IMG/VR virus record: IMGVR_UViG_3300021254_000020 | Location: 202,421-266,420 of that record | From: a virus | Taxonomy: Duplodnaviria > Caudoviricetes | DNA length: 64,000 nt | Reading direction: 5' to 3' (one strand) | Shown: piece by piece, positions 1-10,793 of the stretch | Numbering within the stretch: the stretch's first letter is position 1 | How the letters are laid out: every line of letters begins with the position of its first letter | Notes under the pieces: generated by a model | What the model saw: only the letters and a program-made list of their open reading frames with translations | Databases searched by the model: none | Told to the model about the DNA's origin: nothing | Position numbers and translations under genes: made by a program

Positions 1-192
1 TAATCTTGGAGATCTAGCATAGTCCCACAATCTTTGAATAACCCAGTCTGGGATATAAGATCTTATAGGTGGTCTACTCAATAAATTCCAATACTTAGTA
101 GGATCAGTAGATTGGTTGGCAGCTATTCTACCACTAATCCTGAAGATATCGGATTGTTGGTTTATTACGCCGTTCCTCTCTTTAATATTCAC
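1..192 (-). CDS. hypothetical protein (N-terminal part, runs off window start)
   Basis: Read manually: GTG start at 192 after an AGGTG RBS, open frame VNIKERNG...ARSPRL to the window edge; follows 207..2147 in the same orientation. Confidence 0.6.
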   Translation of the reverse strand, partial: MNIKERNGVINQQSDIFRISGRIAANQSTDPTKYWNLLSRPPIRSYIPDWVIQRLWDYARSPRL

Positions 193-206
193 TAGTATTC
201 ACCTAC

Positions 207-2147
207 TTATTTATAGATTGCTGATAACTGCACATGTCCTTGACTATTCAAACAATGATTTTCAAACTGTTTGAACTGATCAGTCTGTAGCATATTATTC
301 AGATCTATAACTTGGCCATTGGATGGTGTTCTAGGATCTTGAGTACCCATCCAAGTAGGACCACATGGACCATAGTTAGCAAAGTTCTGAAGAGCTGTTT
401 GATACGTCTGTCTATTACTCATAAACATAGCTTGTCTAGCTCCCTCAGCTTGCTGTCTCTCTACTTCCATTACGTGAATTCTATTATTCAGGAAATAGAG
501 ATTCTCCATCATTTCCATTGCACTCATATCTCTTCTTACAGATCCTTGAGTGAATTGATTAATCGCATTATACATAACTGCATTTGCCCATTCTCTTTCC
601 TTAATAGGATCGAATGGTACATAATGATCTAAATACTGTATATTTCTAGCTGTCATCTGTTGAATCCATATGTCACGAGAATATGCTTGCCTCTGATCTA
701 CCATCTGTGGATTGTTATTCACAGTATGGTTCATAGGAGTTCCAAACCACCAAGCATTAAATTCCTCATCATTCATCTTATGTCTTAAGGCATATTTGAA
801 GAATTCCATATTAGTATTATAGGCTTTCTTCTCTTCCTTCATTTGATGAAGACGAGTAGCCAACGGATCATAGGGATTATACTTCTCTTCAACCTCTTTA
901 GGTTTCTCAGGCTGAGCTAGATCTTTATTAAGTTCAGCTAGATCAATACCCATAAGTCGTTTGGCACCATCCATCATTTCAAAATAAGCTCTATCTACGA
1001 AGATATCCCATTCCTCTTGAGTCAATTCTCTACCACGATCATATTCATAATCAGGTTTTCCTCCTAATCCTATTCTTTTAAGGACTATAGGAACTGGCTG
1101 ACTCATATCTGGTCTTACACCAGATGGGGAAGATGGATCTTCAATTACTGGAGGTAGTGGTCTATTTCTATAAGGAGCACGATAATCTATTTTAGGATTC
1201 ATCATCTCCTTCTGTCTATATTCTTGTACTATATTTATTAGATAGAGCTTAAAATATTCATAATCCTCTCTGGTACATCCTTTAAACGTAGGAATGTTCC
1301 ATCCACAATGAGCTAATGCCTTATCATAGATTGCTACATCTTTGCATATCTTTTCTAGCTCTACATCATCCTCTTGTGTCCAATTTAGAGGTGTTTCAGA
1401 TATCACCTTAATATAAGTTCTATCTGGAACCAACTCATCATCAGTATATGGAGTTCCTGGTTCATGCTTAGGAACTGGAGGTTTATAAATTTTATAATGG
1501 ATCTTTCTATTCTGAGAGTTCAGAATAGGAGGTTGTTCTTTCTTCTCCTCTTCTTTCTTAGAGGATCCTTTTACTATCCTCACAGTAGTAGTTATACCAT
1601 GAATGATCTTATCTAAATAAGCTATACCAGTCACCTTAGGAATATCTTCTTTTGGTTTAGGTTCTGGTCTCTTTCTAGAACCTCTAGTGATTTTAACCTT
1701 GACCTCAAACCTAGATCCAGGTCCTGGAATCATAAAGCTATCTAGATTATCATCCATGGCATTTACTACCATAGGAGCACCACCATACCAAGTACCACCA
1801 TATGCAGGTCTGTTAAACATAGATGGATTCATCCATTGGTTCTGCTGAATCAAATTTGGATTGTTATATGGATTGGTATATCCATATGGGTTTAGTATGG
1901 TAGTATTAGCCATATTAGGTACCGCACCCATCATCTGAGGAGGAGGTATCTGTGGCTGTTGATAAAACTGTTGTGGTTGTTGCATCTGAGCTACTTGCTC
2001 AGGATTGCTGAAGTCTACATATGGTTCTAACATTGTTGGATTATCCTTTCTAGCCTGCTGGTATATTTGGCTGGCTCTATATTGATTTAAGGCTTCTTGC
2101 CTATCTCGTTCAGCCAGCGATTCTGGGCTAAACATACTCTCAAACAA
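207..2147 (-). CDS. hypothetical protein with Q/N/P/Y/M-rich low-complexity N-terminus
   Basis: 646-aa ORF with a GGAAAGAG-like RBS; low-complexity segments; no recognisable motif. Confidence 0.8.
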   Translation of the reverse strand: MFESMFSPESLAERDRQEALNQYRASQIYQQARKDNPTMLEPYVDFSNPEQVAQMQQPQQFYQQPQIPPPQMMGAVPNMANTTILNPYGYTNPYNNPNLIQQNQWMNPSMFNRPAYGGTWYGGAPMVVNAMDDNLDSFMIPGPGSRFEVKVKITRGSRKRPEPKPKEDIPKVTGIAYLDKIIHGITTTVRIVKGSSKKEEEKKEQPPILNSQNRKIHYKIYKPPVPKHEPGTPYTDDELVPDRTYIKVISETPLNWTQEDDVELEKICKDVAIYDKALAHCGWNIPTFKGCTREDYEYFKLYLINIVQEYRQKEMMNPKIDYRAPYRNRPLPPVIEDPSSPSGVRPDMSQPVPIVLKRIGLGGKPDYEYDRGRELTQEEWDIFVDRAYFEMMDGAKRLMGIDLAELNKDLAQPEKPKEVEEKYNPYDPLATRLHQMKEEKKAYNTNMEFFKYALRHKMNDEEFNAWWFGTPMNHTVNNNPQMVDQRQAYSRDIWIQQMTARNIQYLDHYVPFDPIKEREWANAVMYNAINQFTQGSVRRDMSAMEMMENLYFLNNRIHVMEVERQQAEGARQAMFMSNRQTYQTALQNFANYGPCGPTWMGTQDPRTPSNGQVIDLNNMLQTDQFKQFENHCLNSQGHVQLSAIYK

Positions 2148-2189
2148 CTACTCTTTCCTCCCTTCGCAATTATAGTATGCAACCATAGA

Positions 2190-2849
2190 TTAGAATGGAT
2201 ATCCGTCCTTATACCTAGGGAGATTACTATTGTAATTCCATGGGTATGCGGTATAAGAATATGGATTTGGAGTACCGATGTAACCGCCTCCGCCATAGTA
2301 GTATGGATTATATCCATAATTGTAACCACCATAGCCATATCCATTATACTGATTCGGACTCATATAGAATCCTCTAGAGTCTTTGTTTGGGTGCCACCCA
2401 TGAGGATACTGTATATTAATAACCTCTGGTAGCTTATCTAGTTTAAGTTCATACCCATCCTTCTCATCCCAAATTAATCGTTCACCACCAATTGATATAT
2501 TCCTTACTTCTGGAGTATCCTTTTCTGGAACATATTCGGTAGGTTTCCAACCAAAATACTGCTGATTAGGATCAATAGGTTTGTAATCAGATCTGAATTT
2601 ATCTTGCCACTTTGCATACATCACATGAAACATATTTGTTATTTTGCCCATATGAGACACACCATCTACAGGAACTAGATTCCCTTCTGGATCTGATTTG
2701 AGATTTACATATGGGAATAAGATAACGAGATCTTTCAGCTCATTGCTTCTAATCATAGATTGGAACCATTGTTCATATCCATAATCAGATGGGTTTACAG
2801 CTATAAATCTTCTCCCTAACTTATCCACATATTCTTCATATTTTTCCAT
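2190..2849 (-). CDS. hypothetical protein with G/Y/N-rich C-terminus
   Basis: 219-aa ORF, AGGAGG RBS, early-type promoter motif upstream at 2887-2895. Confidence 0.8.
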   Translation of the reverse strand: MEKYEEYVDKLGRRFIAVNPSDYGYEQWFQSMIRSNELKDLVILFPYVNLKSDPEGNLVPVDGVSHMGKITNMFHVMYAKWQDKFRSDYKPIDPNQQYFGWKPTEYVPEKDTPEVRNISIGGERLIWDEKDGYELKLDKLPEVINIQYPHGWHPNKDSRGFYMSPNQYNGYGYGGYNYGYNPYYYGGGGYIGTPNPYSYTAYPWNYNSNLPRYKDGYPF

Positions 2850-2899
2850 TTTCTACCTCCTTCTTGATTTATTCCCCTTACATCTTTATAGTATATCAT

Positions 2900-3718
2900 T
2901 TAAGACACTTTTGGTCTTTGAATAGATATTGTTCCTGGTTTGACCATTAACATCTCTGCTGCGTTAGGTCTCTGATACATGGGGATACATACCAGACTAA
3001 ATCCGGGTTGCCATCTGATAGGAAACTGTTTATCAGGACCTAGGATTAGAGTAGAACTAGCATAATTGATATCATCTACTATGCTCTTCTCATAACCATG
3101 AATCCAGTTTCTAGTATAGATATCTATAACAGTATTGAAAGTAGAAGCATCAGCTATTACTCTACTAACCTCATCACTATGAATATCTGGATGATAAGAC
3201 TGGTTGATCTGTACCATAGTATTAGCCTTCTTAGAGAGATGATTCTTATCTCTTAGATTCACATGTCCAGGAGTATAGAATACTCGTATTGGGCAGAAGT
3301 TCTTGAAGATCATTAAAGCTACATTATAGCAGATAGATCTCCAGTCACTAGGAATCATAAAAGGCTGATTTGCTATGGCATTAAGTTGATCTGGAGTACG
3401 ATTTGTAGCCAACCAATCTCTCAGATACTTGTATATATTACAAACTACAGTCTTACTATCAGTGAAGACATTAAAGACTGGGACTTGTTTTGTGTAATTG
3501 CAACAAGCCCATTGTACTGCCATATATACTCCCATAGCTTCTCCGAATAATACATCCTCGTCGATATATACTGCTAGATTACTCTCACCAGTCATCGCAG
3601 ACCTATAAGTCACAACGTAACCAGGGCAAGCGACACGTAGCTTGCCCCTAGTTGTTTCTATATCCATCGTTGATGTATCTGTGAAAATATTGATACATTG
3701 ATCATAGTGGATTCCCAT
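2900..3718 (-). CDS. RNase H-like protein
   Basis: RNase HI-type motif order IFTDTS...GEAMG...VFTDSK...YTPGH...NTVID (D-E-D-H-D). Confidence 0.75.
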   Translation of the reverse strand: MGIHYDQCINIFTDTSTMDIETTRGKLRVACPGYVVTYRSAMTGESNLAVYIDEDVLFGEAMGVYMAVQWACCNYTKQVPVFNVFTDSKTVVCNIYKYLRDWLATNRTPDQLNAIANQPFMIPSDWRSICYNVALMIFKNFCPIRVFYTPGHVNLRDKNHLSKKANTMVQINQSYHPDIHSDEVSRVIADASTFNTVIDIYTRNWIHGYEKSIVDDINYASSTLILGPDKQFPIRWQPGFSLVCIPMYQRPNAAEMLMVKPGTISIQRPKVS

Positions 3719-4529
3719 TAAGTTTCACTCCTTCTATCATTGGTTTATTCTTTATATGAAAGGCAGGTTGTATTACCTCAGGACGGATTCCTAATACAGA
3801 TGACTTATCTTCTCTATAACAAATAGGAGTTAGAGATTGTATTTCATTAGCATAGAATCGTAATGGGAAATAACGTGATTTTCTATCAGGAATAGATTCC
3901 ATACTATTTATTACTTCCCTTATCCCCTTGATTTTATTAAATAAAATACAGTTGGATATTCTATCACTCATCTGATTACCAAATGATGGCTGTCTTATAG
4001 ATTTGCATCCATTATCCATATCAGTAGCAACTAATCCTAGCTTATCATTCTCATGTGCTGCCTTAAGAGATATATCTTTATAGTTATAACTCATCTTTTC
4101 TGGATGAGCAGGTTGATATCTAAATCGTAATGGGTAAAAAGAAGTGTATGCCAATAGAGCATTATTGTAACATAAATGTTTGAAACCATTTGCTGGCTTC
4201 AAACCTTTTGGTCTTTTTTCTCCAGACATAAACTGACTCAAGATATCAAGAGTTTCTCCTAAAGCATAAGTAGAATCAGAGTAGATTATAGCTCCTCTAT
4301 TCTCTGGAATGGCTGGATTAGTAAAATCAAAAAGAGCCATATTAATGGCAAATGCTTCTGCAAAATTGATTGCCTCGTCCACTAATATGTATGACTTGGT
4401 TCCAAGAAGCTCATTAGTATCATAATCTATTACAGTAACAGATGAGCATGATACCCATATTGCACCATGCTTTGTATTAGGTTGATAACTACTAGCATCA
4501 GTGGCTATTATATACATCTTTTCATTCAT
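3702..4529 (-). CDS. RNase H-like protein (second paralog)
   Basis: IATDAS...AEAFA...IYSDSTY...YQPAH...GNQMSD motif order; GGGAGG RBS; early-type promoter at 4566-4574. Confidence 0.75.
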   Translation of the reverse strand: MNEKMYIIATDASSYQPNTKHGAIWVSCSSVTVIDYDTNELLGTKSYILVDEAINFAEAFAINMALFDFTNPAIPENRGAIIYSDSTYALGETLDILSQFMSGEKRPKGLKPANGFKHLCYNNALLAYTSFYPLRFRYQPAHPEKMSYNYKDISLKAAHENDKLGLVATDMDNGCKSIRQPSFGNQMSDRISNCILFNKIKGIREVINSMESIPDRKSRYFPLRFYANEIQSLTPICYREDKSSVLGIRPEVIQPAFHIKNKPMIEGVKLNGNPL

Positions 4530-4582
4530 TTATTGTAATCCTCCCTATAGTCTCATTATCATAAATATAGTATATGATTGAC

Positions 4583-4618
4583 AAAAAAATTACCACTGCT
4601 CCATAGAGAAGCAGTGGC
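4583..4618 (-). terminator. Rho-independent terminator
   Basis: CCACTGCT/AGCAGTGG stem followed by a T-run on the minus strand, after the baseplate operon. Confidence 0.65.
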
Positions 4619-4647
4619 TATGGCTTATTTTAAGGTCTTTTTGTATC

Positions 4648-5259
4648 TCATTTTTTAAATATCTTAGGATCTACCTTTAATGGGAAAGATCTAATCTTCC
4701 CATTAATATCATACTGGTTAGCAGAGCAGAGAACTAGTACCTTATATACTTTCTTCTCATCAAACACTATCCAGCAAATATATTTATTATCAAGATATAC
4801 AGGCAAGAAGTATCTAGTAGTCCAGTCTTTAAAGTATTCTAGATTTACTGCTTTGACCTTCATATATACTAGATAGAACAAGAGTAGATCCTCTCTAGAT
4901 GATCTCTCATCTTTAGCAAGTTCTTCTTTATATTTCAAAAGAAGATCTCCACCATTAGCAGCCCAGTTACGATCCATGAGTCTCATAGTATCATCAAACC
5001 TAGGAAGATCTAATGGTTGGAAGATATGATTACTCTTAATCCTCTCTTCTACTGCATCTCTCATTGCATCTATCTGCTTATCTCCTAGAGTATAGTAGTT
5101 CAAGAACTCACTAATAACTCTATGGAACTTGTCTTGATATGCTTCAAAGTCACCCTTCTTATTACTACTAATAAAGTCTTTGAAGTTCTTTATAGTATAT
5201 CCAAGGGATTCATTCACCGATACAGTATTCGGGTCTGAAAATGAGCTTAGATAACTCAT
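4648..5259 (-). CDS. hypothetical (probable virion) protein
   Basis: 203-aa ORF, last gene of a late-promoter operon; N-terminal SVNES resembles the putative head-protease site. Confidence 0.7.
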   Translation of the reverse strand: MSYLSSFSDPNTVSVNESLGYTIKNFKDFISSNKKGDFEAYQDKFHRVISEFLNYYTLGDKQIDAMRDAVEERIKSNHIFQPLDLPRFDDTMRLMDRNWAANGGDLLLKYKEELAKDERSSREDLLLFYLVYMKVKAVNLEYFKDWTTRYFLPVYLDNKYICWIVFDEKKVYKVLVLCSANQYDINGKIRSFPLKVDPKIFKK

Positions 5260-5270
5260 CTCTATACCTC

Positions 5271-7958
5271 CTATTCTACTACATTGAATGTTATATCCGG
5301 ATCACCAGTAGTCAGAGTATGCACATTAATAAACTCAGGCACTGTCTGAGTATAAGCGAAGTAATCATTCTTCAATACTGGATTCTGATAAATAGACTGC
5401 CAGAGAATATTGGAATAACTGTTAAGACCAATAAACTTAATATACTCAATAGAATCAGTGTATAGATTCTTTACGTACGTAATCAGGTTAGGCATATGGA
5501 GAGCCTTATCTGTAGAGTTGAAATCCTCAATGTATGCTTTAATAACCTGAATAATCTCAGGAATGAGCACAACTTCGTTTCTAGTAGCAAACTTGATTTC
5601 AAACTTGAGACTAATATTAACCCTATCAATGTTTTCATATTTATCAATATTCCAACTAGAGGAGGGTCCATAAGTATTATATAGTTTGAAATTGATACCA
5701 AAAGAATCTTCTAGTAAATACAAAGACTCTTGAATGTATCTACGTCTATAATCTACTAGATAGAAGAATGTTTGTACCTTATCTTCACTATCTAACCAAA
5801 GAGTACGAACAACAGGAATGCTGTGGATATTGTATACGAACTTACTCTTGTTTCTATTCAGTTGGATATAAGACGTCATAAGATCAGTATAATCATAGAA
5901 GAAATCAATACCAGTAGTAGTTGCTTCATAGATATTAGTCAGAGTATATCCTTCTAATCCAGGAACTAGATCATCTACACTATACTGACTCTTATCTCCA
6001 TACTTTCTTCCATGTTCAGCATCCTCTTTTACGAGGATAAACAATTTAGCAGGCATATTAGCCATGAGATAGCTAGGAGTCTCATCAGTAGTACCTATAT
6101 TATATAGACCAGAATTAAACATCATATGAGTTGTACGACCACCCATTACATTGCTAGTAGTAATAACAAAATCAAAGAGATATGTAGATGTATTAGCGTC
6201 ATACTCTATTAGGTTTCCTACAATATAACGGTATTCGTACATGTCTCTATCTTCATCACTATTATAGAGAACTATGATTGGTTTAATGGCACATTCAATC
6301 AATTCACCACTCTCATCGAAAGTCAAGATATCATAATCAGTTTCTATATTTTGAGCCATAGCTATCTGAATATGGAGTTCTCCTTTCTCATTATCAAAGT
6401 AGTTTCTATATACTCTCATATTATCTACAACGAACTGTAAGTCAGACTCCTCATTGATATAATCAAAGAATAGAGTGCGAGTATAGTTGACGAAGATATT
6501 ATAGTATGATAGATAGAATGGATTCTTATTAATCACCATTAGATATGGACAAGTATAGACAAACCCATGCTTGTTCTCCAATCTCTCATAATCCGTTTCC
6601 TCATCAGTTATAGGAACTGCATATTCACTGCCAGCCGCTAAATGGAATGGTATACCAGGGCTGATAACATAATTATCTTTGCTAGTAGAAGTAAATATAT
6701 TACTATCAACTTGAACGTCTATAGTGTTGGTTGGGATTACATTACCATCCATCTTCATCAATAGGTATGAGAAGAAGATATGCTCAATCTGATTGTATAC
6801 TCGTTCTAATACTGTCATCTTACAATCTTCAGTCTGAATGATATTGAAGAAAGTCATTAGATCTGTATAAGTAGAGTAAGATCCTCTTGCCAATGCTTCT
6901 CTAGGAATGAGTTGTTTTAGTTGTTCTAGATTAGCCCTATCTTCACCATACATAGATGATGAATTAGTGATAACCGATACATAAAATCCATTATATGTAA
7001 ATCTATCACTAGTAAGAATTCTAAGTACCTGAACTGGTGAGGTGAGTTCATAGTTGCAAGTGGTTCCTAGAGTAGTATATACATGAATCTCTATTTCAGA
7101 ATTATATCTAGGCTGATAGGAAGATTTATTGAACTTAAGTCTTATATTCTTCTCATCAATATATGTGTAATTAATAAACTCATCATCAGATTGGTAATCA
7201 TATAATCCTTCATAAATAGGCTTTAAAACGTGTTCTACGATATTACCATCATTATCAGTCTCTTTTACTTTCACGTAGAAATATGCTAGTTGATCCTCAA
7301 AAGAGAAACTCATAGTCTTAGTTTGAATAATATTATCACTAGCATATGAATCATAAAGGATTGTATGAGAGAGCTGTCTCAATGTAGTTTTAATACTAAT
7401 AAGACGTTGGTTATTGGATTGAATAGTTCCAAGAGATGGTAAATAAGGATTAGTTTTAGAAGCGTATGGATTAGTATCATCTAATTCATACATAGCCGTA
7501 TATACTATCTTACCATTAGGAAGTATATTCCTCTTGATAGTAATATCATAATCTAAACGATATGGATATTCATTCCTATCACCGATCAAGAATGTATAAT
7601 CCTTATCTATCGTAACCTTATCATCTACCATATTTTGAATAAGGTTCTCTTCTGGGAAAGCTAGTATTACATCAAGCTGGGCTGGTGTAGCAGTAATCTT
7701 ATTTATACCAAGAGCCAATGCATGAGATATTACATTCCTCTCATACTTAGCTTTAGTAGGAATAGCCTCTAGACTGTATTCACTAGCCATTATTGCAGTA
7801 TTTTGAGTTAGGTTAGATAGTACAGAACTAAGATAACCATATACACCAAGATATAGAGTATCTTCAGATATATCTATATATTTCTGTTTTATTGCCTCTA
7901 AAAAATTGGAGACTTGAAATATGTCTTGAGACAAGACATTGGTTGTTTCTGAAGCCAT
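5271..7958 (-). CDS. baseplate wedge protein (T4 gp6/baseplate J-like)
   Basis: 895 aa; segments AIPTKAKYERNVISHALALG and GEDRANLEQLKQLIPREALARGSYSTYTDL resemble the gp6/BplJ conserved blocks; structural-gene context. Confidence 0.7.
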   Translation of the reverse strand: MASETTNVLSQDIFQVSNFLEAIKQKYIDISEDTLYLGVYGYLSSVLSNLTQNTAIMASEYSLEAIPTKAKYERNVISHALALGINKITATPAQLDVILAFPEENLIQNMVDDKVTIDKDYTFLIGDRNEYPYRLDYDITIKRNILPNGKIVYTAMYELDDTNPYASKTNPYLPSLGTIQSNNQRLISIKTTLRQLSHTILYDSYASDNIIQTKTMSFSFEDQLAYFYVKVKETDNDGNIVEHVLKPIYEGLYDYQSDDEFINYTYIDEKNIRLKFNKSSYQPRYNSEIEIHVYTTLGTTCNYELTSPVQVLRILTSDRFTYNGFYVSVITNSSSMYGEDRANLEQLKQLIPREALARGSYSTYTDLMTFFNIIQTEDCKMTVLERVYNQIEHIFFSYLLMKMDGNVIPTNTIDVQVDSNIFTSTSKDNYVISPGIPFHLAAGSEYAVPITDEETDYERLENKHGFVYTCPYLMVINKNPFYLSYYNIFVNYTRTLFFDYINEESDLQFVVDNMRVYRNYFDNEKGELHIQIAMAQNIETDYDILTFDESGELIECAIKPIIVLYNSDEDRDMYEYRYIVGNLIEYDANTSTYLFDFVITTSNVMGGRTTHMMFNSGLYNIGTTDETPSYLMANMPAKLFILVKEDAEHGRKYGDKSQYSVDDLVPGLEGYTLTNIYEATTTGIDFFYDYTDLMTSYIQLNRNKSKFVYNIHSIPVVRTLWLDSEDKVQTFFYLVDYRRRYIQESLYLLEDSFGINFKLYNTYGPSSSWNIDKYENIDRVNISLKFEIKFATRNEVVLIPEIIQVIKAYIEDFNSTDKALHMPNLITYVKNLYTDSIEYIKFIGLNSYSNILWQSIYQNPVLKNDYFAYTQTVPEFINVHTLTTGDPDITFNVVE

Positions 7959-7969
7959 ATCAAAACCTC

Positions 7970-9229
7970 CTAGTTAGTTTTAGTTGTGGTTGCAGACTGA
8001 GTATTTGCTGTAGCTGTTGGGATCGGTACCCACAATAATTTGAATTGTCTAAACTGACCATATCTATTGGCTCCTGTTTCATTATTACTATCAGCCTTAT
8101 CGTAATATATGAATGGATAGTCCATCAGTTCTTGAGATACCATCCCTATTTCATCATCCCATAAAGCAGCAGCATTGTTACCCTTCCATGGTTGAGAACC
8201 TATCCAAGCCTCTATAAGAGTATTGAAGTCAGCTACTATATTAGGAGTAGAGTCTTCAAGCCAACCAGATACTTTAAATCCTACAGTTATTTTAAGAGGA
8301 CCTTTATCTTGAATCTCACTAAATGATGATCTGGATATACTCTTAGGATATACACCTATTGCTTTACTCATATACAAAATAGTGTTACCATCGGTAGATA
8401 CTAAGAACTTATATACAGAAATGTGGTCATAGAGAATCTTATAATAACAATAGTCAGCATAATGAGCATAAGGGATATTATTAATCTCAGAAATGTTTGA
8501 TCCTGGACCTAGCATTCCTAGCCATTTGAGTTGTCTATAATAATCCCAAGTTTTGAATAAATGATAGATCTCTAAATATTTAGTATCCTCAAATTCAATA
8601 GAAAAATCCACATTCTCATCACTAGACATAGAACTCTTTGGATAAAAAATCTTAGACCCAAACATGTTTACTGCCGTTTCCATCTCTTCTACGTTAATAT
8701 CAGGCATATCCATATTAGAGGTCTTTCTATTTGAAAGTATTCTCATAAATGGACAGCCATCTATACCAACGGCTGGATTGGCATTACCATAGGCAGAGCA
8801 TAGATTCCAAAATACACTCTTTCTATATCCAGGAGAATCTGCTAAATTATTGAAATAAGATACTTTTTTAGCATCCGGTAATAAATCACCTTTATCATCT
8901 AATAAAGGTAGATCTGGTTTGGTGAAGAATAAATATTCTCTTGCTCCATCTACATAATTAAATGGGTCATTTCTAGGAAATCTATAGAATCCCCTATTAA
9001 AGTCCATATCTCTAGGTTCAAATATACCATTAGCTCTTAATGTTCTTCTCAATAATGAATCAGACTTATCTAGATCTTCTATTAGTTTATTCTTATCAGT
9101 ATCTTTTTTGCCACCATCAGCTCCATCAGTAATAGTAGATGTATATGGAGATTTGAACTCAGCTGGTCCGTCTAAGACTTCTGAGACATTCCCATTTTTA
9201 TCATACATAAGAGATGCCATTAATTCCAT
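7970..9229 (-). CDS. virion structural protein (tail-tube/baseplate-hub-like)
   Basis: 419 aa; beta-rich pattern DFSIEFED...HLFKTW...GVYPKSI resembles tube-fold proteins; late motif upstream; adjacent to the wedge gene. Confidence 0.55.
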   Translation of the reverse strand: MELMASLMYDKNGNVSEVLDGPAEFKSPYTSTITDGADGGKKDTDKNKLIEDLDKSDSLLRRTLRANGIFEPRDMDFNRGFYRFPRNDPFNYVDGAREYLFFTKPDLPLLDDKGDLLPDAKKVSYFNNLADSPGYRKSVFWNLCSAYGNANPAVGIDGCPFMRILSNRKTSNMDMPDINVEEMETAVNMFGSKIFYPKSSMSSDENVDFSIEFEDTKYLEIYHLFKTWDYYRQLKWLGMLGPGSNISEINNIPYAHYADYCYYKILYDHISVYKFLVSTDGNTILYMSKAIGVYPKSISRSSFSEIQDKGPLKITVGFKVSGWLEDSTPNIVADFNTLIEAWIGSQPWKGNNAAALWDDEIGMVSQELMDYPFIYYDKADSNNETGANRYGQFRQFKLLWVPIPTATANTQSATTTKTN

Positions 9230-9244
9230 CTCCTTTCTTATTCG

Positions 9245-9258
9245 ATTACCACGATGTC
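9245..9258 (-). promoter_or_regulatory. late-type promoter motif GACA-N6-TAAT
   Basis: GACAtcgtggTAAT upstream of the baseplate operon; the same motif recurs before other structural genes. Confidence 0.7.
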
Positions 9259-9304
9259 TCGGATTGCATTTTTAAGCCTACCTCCTATAATAAATAGCTG
9301 GTAA

Positions 9305-9318
9305 GACATCCACATAAT
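9305..9318 (+). promoter_or_regulatory. late-type promoter motif GACA-N6-TAAT
   Basis: GACAtccacaTAAT, divergent from the 9245 motif, upstream of 9364. Confidence 0.7.
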
Positions 9319-9363
9319 GTCCCTAAACGGATAGAGCTAAAAAATATAGAGGAGGAATATACT

Positions 9364-10788
9364 ATGCAGCAGGACTTCAGAACTGTTCATGAAGCAGGTC
9401 TATTACAAGATATTCTAAGTCTGATGTCTGGGTCTGAAATTCCATATATCTCTGATATCGGGAATAGGATCCTCGGTAGAAAATCCGATAATATAAATAT
9501 CAGTCGGAATATCGCTAAAAGTGCTTCTGCTCTTACTGCTACTTTCCCAGTTATCGTAACTGAGGCAACTGAATTGGAACATGCAGTAATGGTTAGTAAA
9601 GCTATTGAAAGAAAGGCAGTAGAGATGTTGCGTATGCTCTTCGCTGCTAATCAAATTACTAACGTGACTGGAGCGCAGGATTATCTCAATAAATTCCATA
9701 ATAATATCGACACTGGTATCGATTATAGTAAGATGGATGTAGATGATGTTATTGATGTAATGAATAACTTCACCGAAGCTACTGACTCCGTTCATGATGC
9801 TGCTATAGCTGAGGCTATTAAAGCAGTATGTGAGGATACTAAGAATAATATCCATCATGTACTTGAGACCGGTATTAGACAGACTAGCATTCGAGACTTC
9901 CGAGTTCGTGGAAGTCTGCAAGAAGCGGATGTTTGGAATGGAGAAGGCAGTGTACTCAACGAGTATGAGGTAGGTTCCAATCAAAGAACAAGTACTAGAA
10001 TGGAATGGCGTGGCGGTAGAAATCCGAGTATCTTTAATACTAGTCATAGCCGTACTGTAGAAGAGATCGATCCGAATGATCCAGATAGGATGCAGAAGGC
10101 ATACGAAATCATGAACAAGTCAGTTATTAAGACTGACGTTCAGAAAGCTAATGAAGCTGTTCCTAGTATGGTTATCATCAATTTCGTATCTACTCTTGAG
10201 GGTGGACGTACAGTAAGCAGCTCAGCAGTTATTGGAGTAAAGGCAGTTCTTCATTATGTATCTAGTGAAGATATGGTTAATCGTATCATCTTGAAGAATG
10301 GTGATAAGAGTGGTTTGTTCAATCTTATTCGTGCCACCACTAGAGAGATTAGCTTCTTCAAAGACTTCTTATTCGCAGTTAAGAGAGCTAAGATTGATGC
10401 TATTGCCAAATCTGGTAGAGGTAGTAATAGCAAGATCTGGAAAGTCTTGGAATTGAGAGCTCATAAGAGTGATCTTAACCGTGCTAGTGGTAAGAACAAT
10501 ACTGATTGTGCAGCTATCACTAGTATTATTATCTCTAAGGCAGAGGTAGAATTGATTAAGAAAGAACACCGTATTGATCTGATGAAGGTTGGTACTCTCA
10601 TTGGTATCATGCGTGGATATAATTTGATGTGTGCGGTTATTGTTGATGACGTAGCTGAACGTGTAGACTTCTTGTATGATGATGGCGAGAAACAGTTCGA
10701 AACTCTGTCATTCATGAGTCTTGAGAGAGAAGATTCTAATGGTCAGCTTAAGAAAGTTATCAATGTTCTAGCCGCTCGGGGGAGGTAA
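9364..10788 (+). CDS. virion structural (probable head) protein
   Basis: 474 aa, GAGGAGG RBS, late motif; several hydrophobic-X-E sites (VHEA, FTEA, LQEA, LNEY). Confidence 0.65.
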   Translation: MQQDFRTVHEAGLLQDILSLMSGSEIPYISDIGNRILGRKSDNINISRNIAKSASALTATFPVIVTEATELEHAVMVSKAIERKAVEMLRMLFAANQITNVTGAQDYLNKFHNNIDTGIDYSKMDVDDVIDVMNNFTEATDSVHDAAIAEAIKAVCEDTKNNIHHVLETGIRQTSIRDFRVRGSLQEADVWNGEGSVLNEYEVGSNQRTSTRMEWRGGRNPSIFNTSHSRTVEEIDPNDPDRMQKAYEIMNKSVIKTDVQKANEAVPSMVIINFVSTLEGGRTVSSSAVIGVKAVLHYVSSEDMVNRIILKNGDKSGLFNLIRATTREISFFKDFLFAVKRAKIDAIAKSGRGSNSKIWKVLELRAHKSDLNRASGKNNTDCAAITSIIISKAEVELIKKEHRIDLMKVGTLIGIMRGYNLMCAVIVDDVAERVDFLYDDGEKQFETLSFMSLEREDSNGQLKKVINVLAARGR

Positions 10789-10793
10789 ATATT

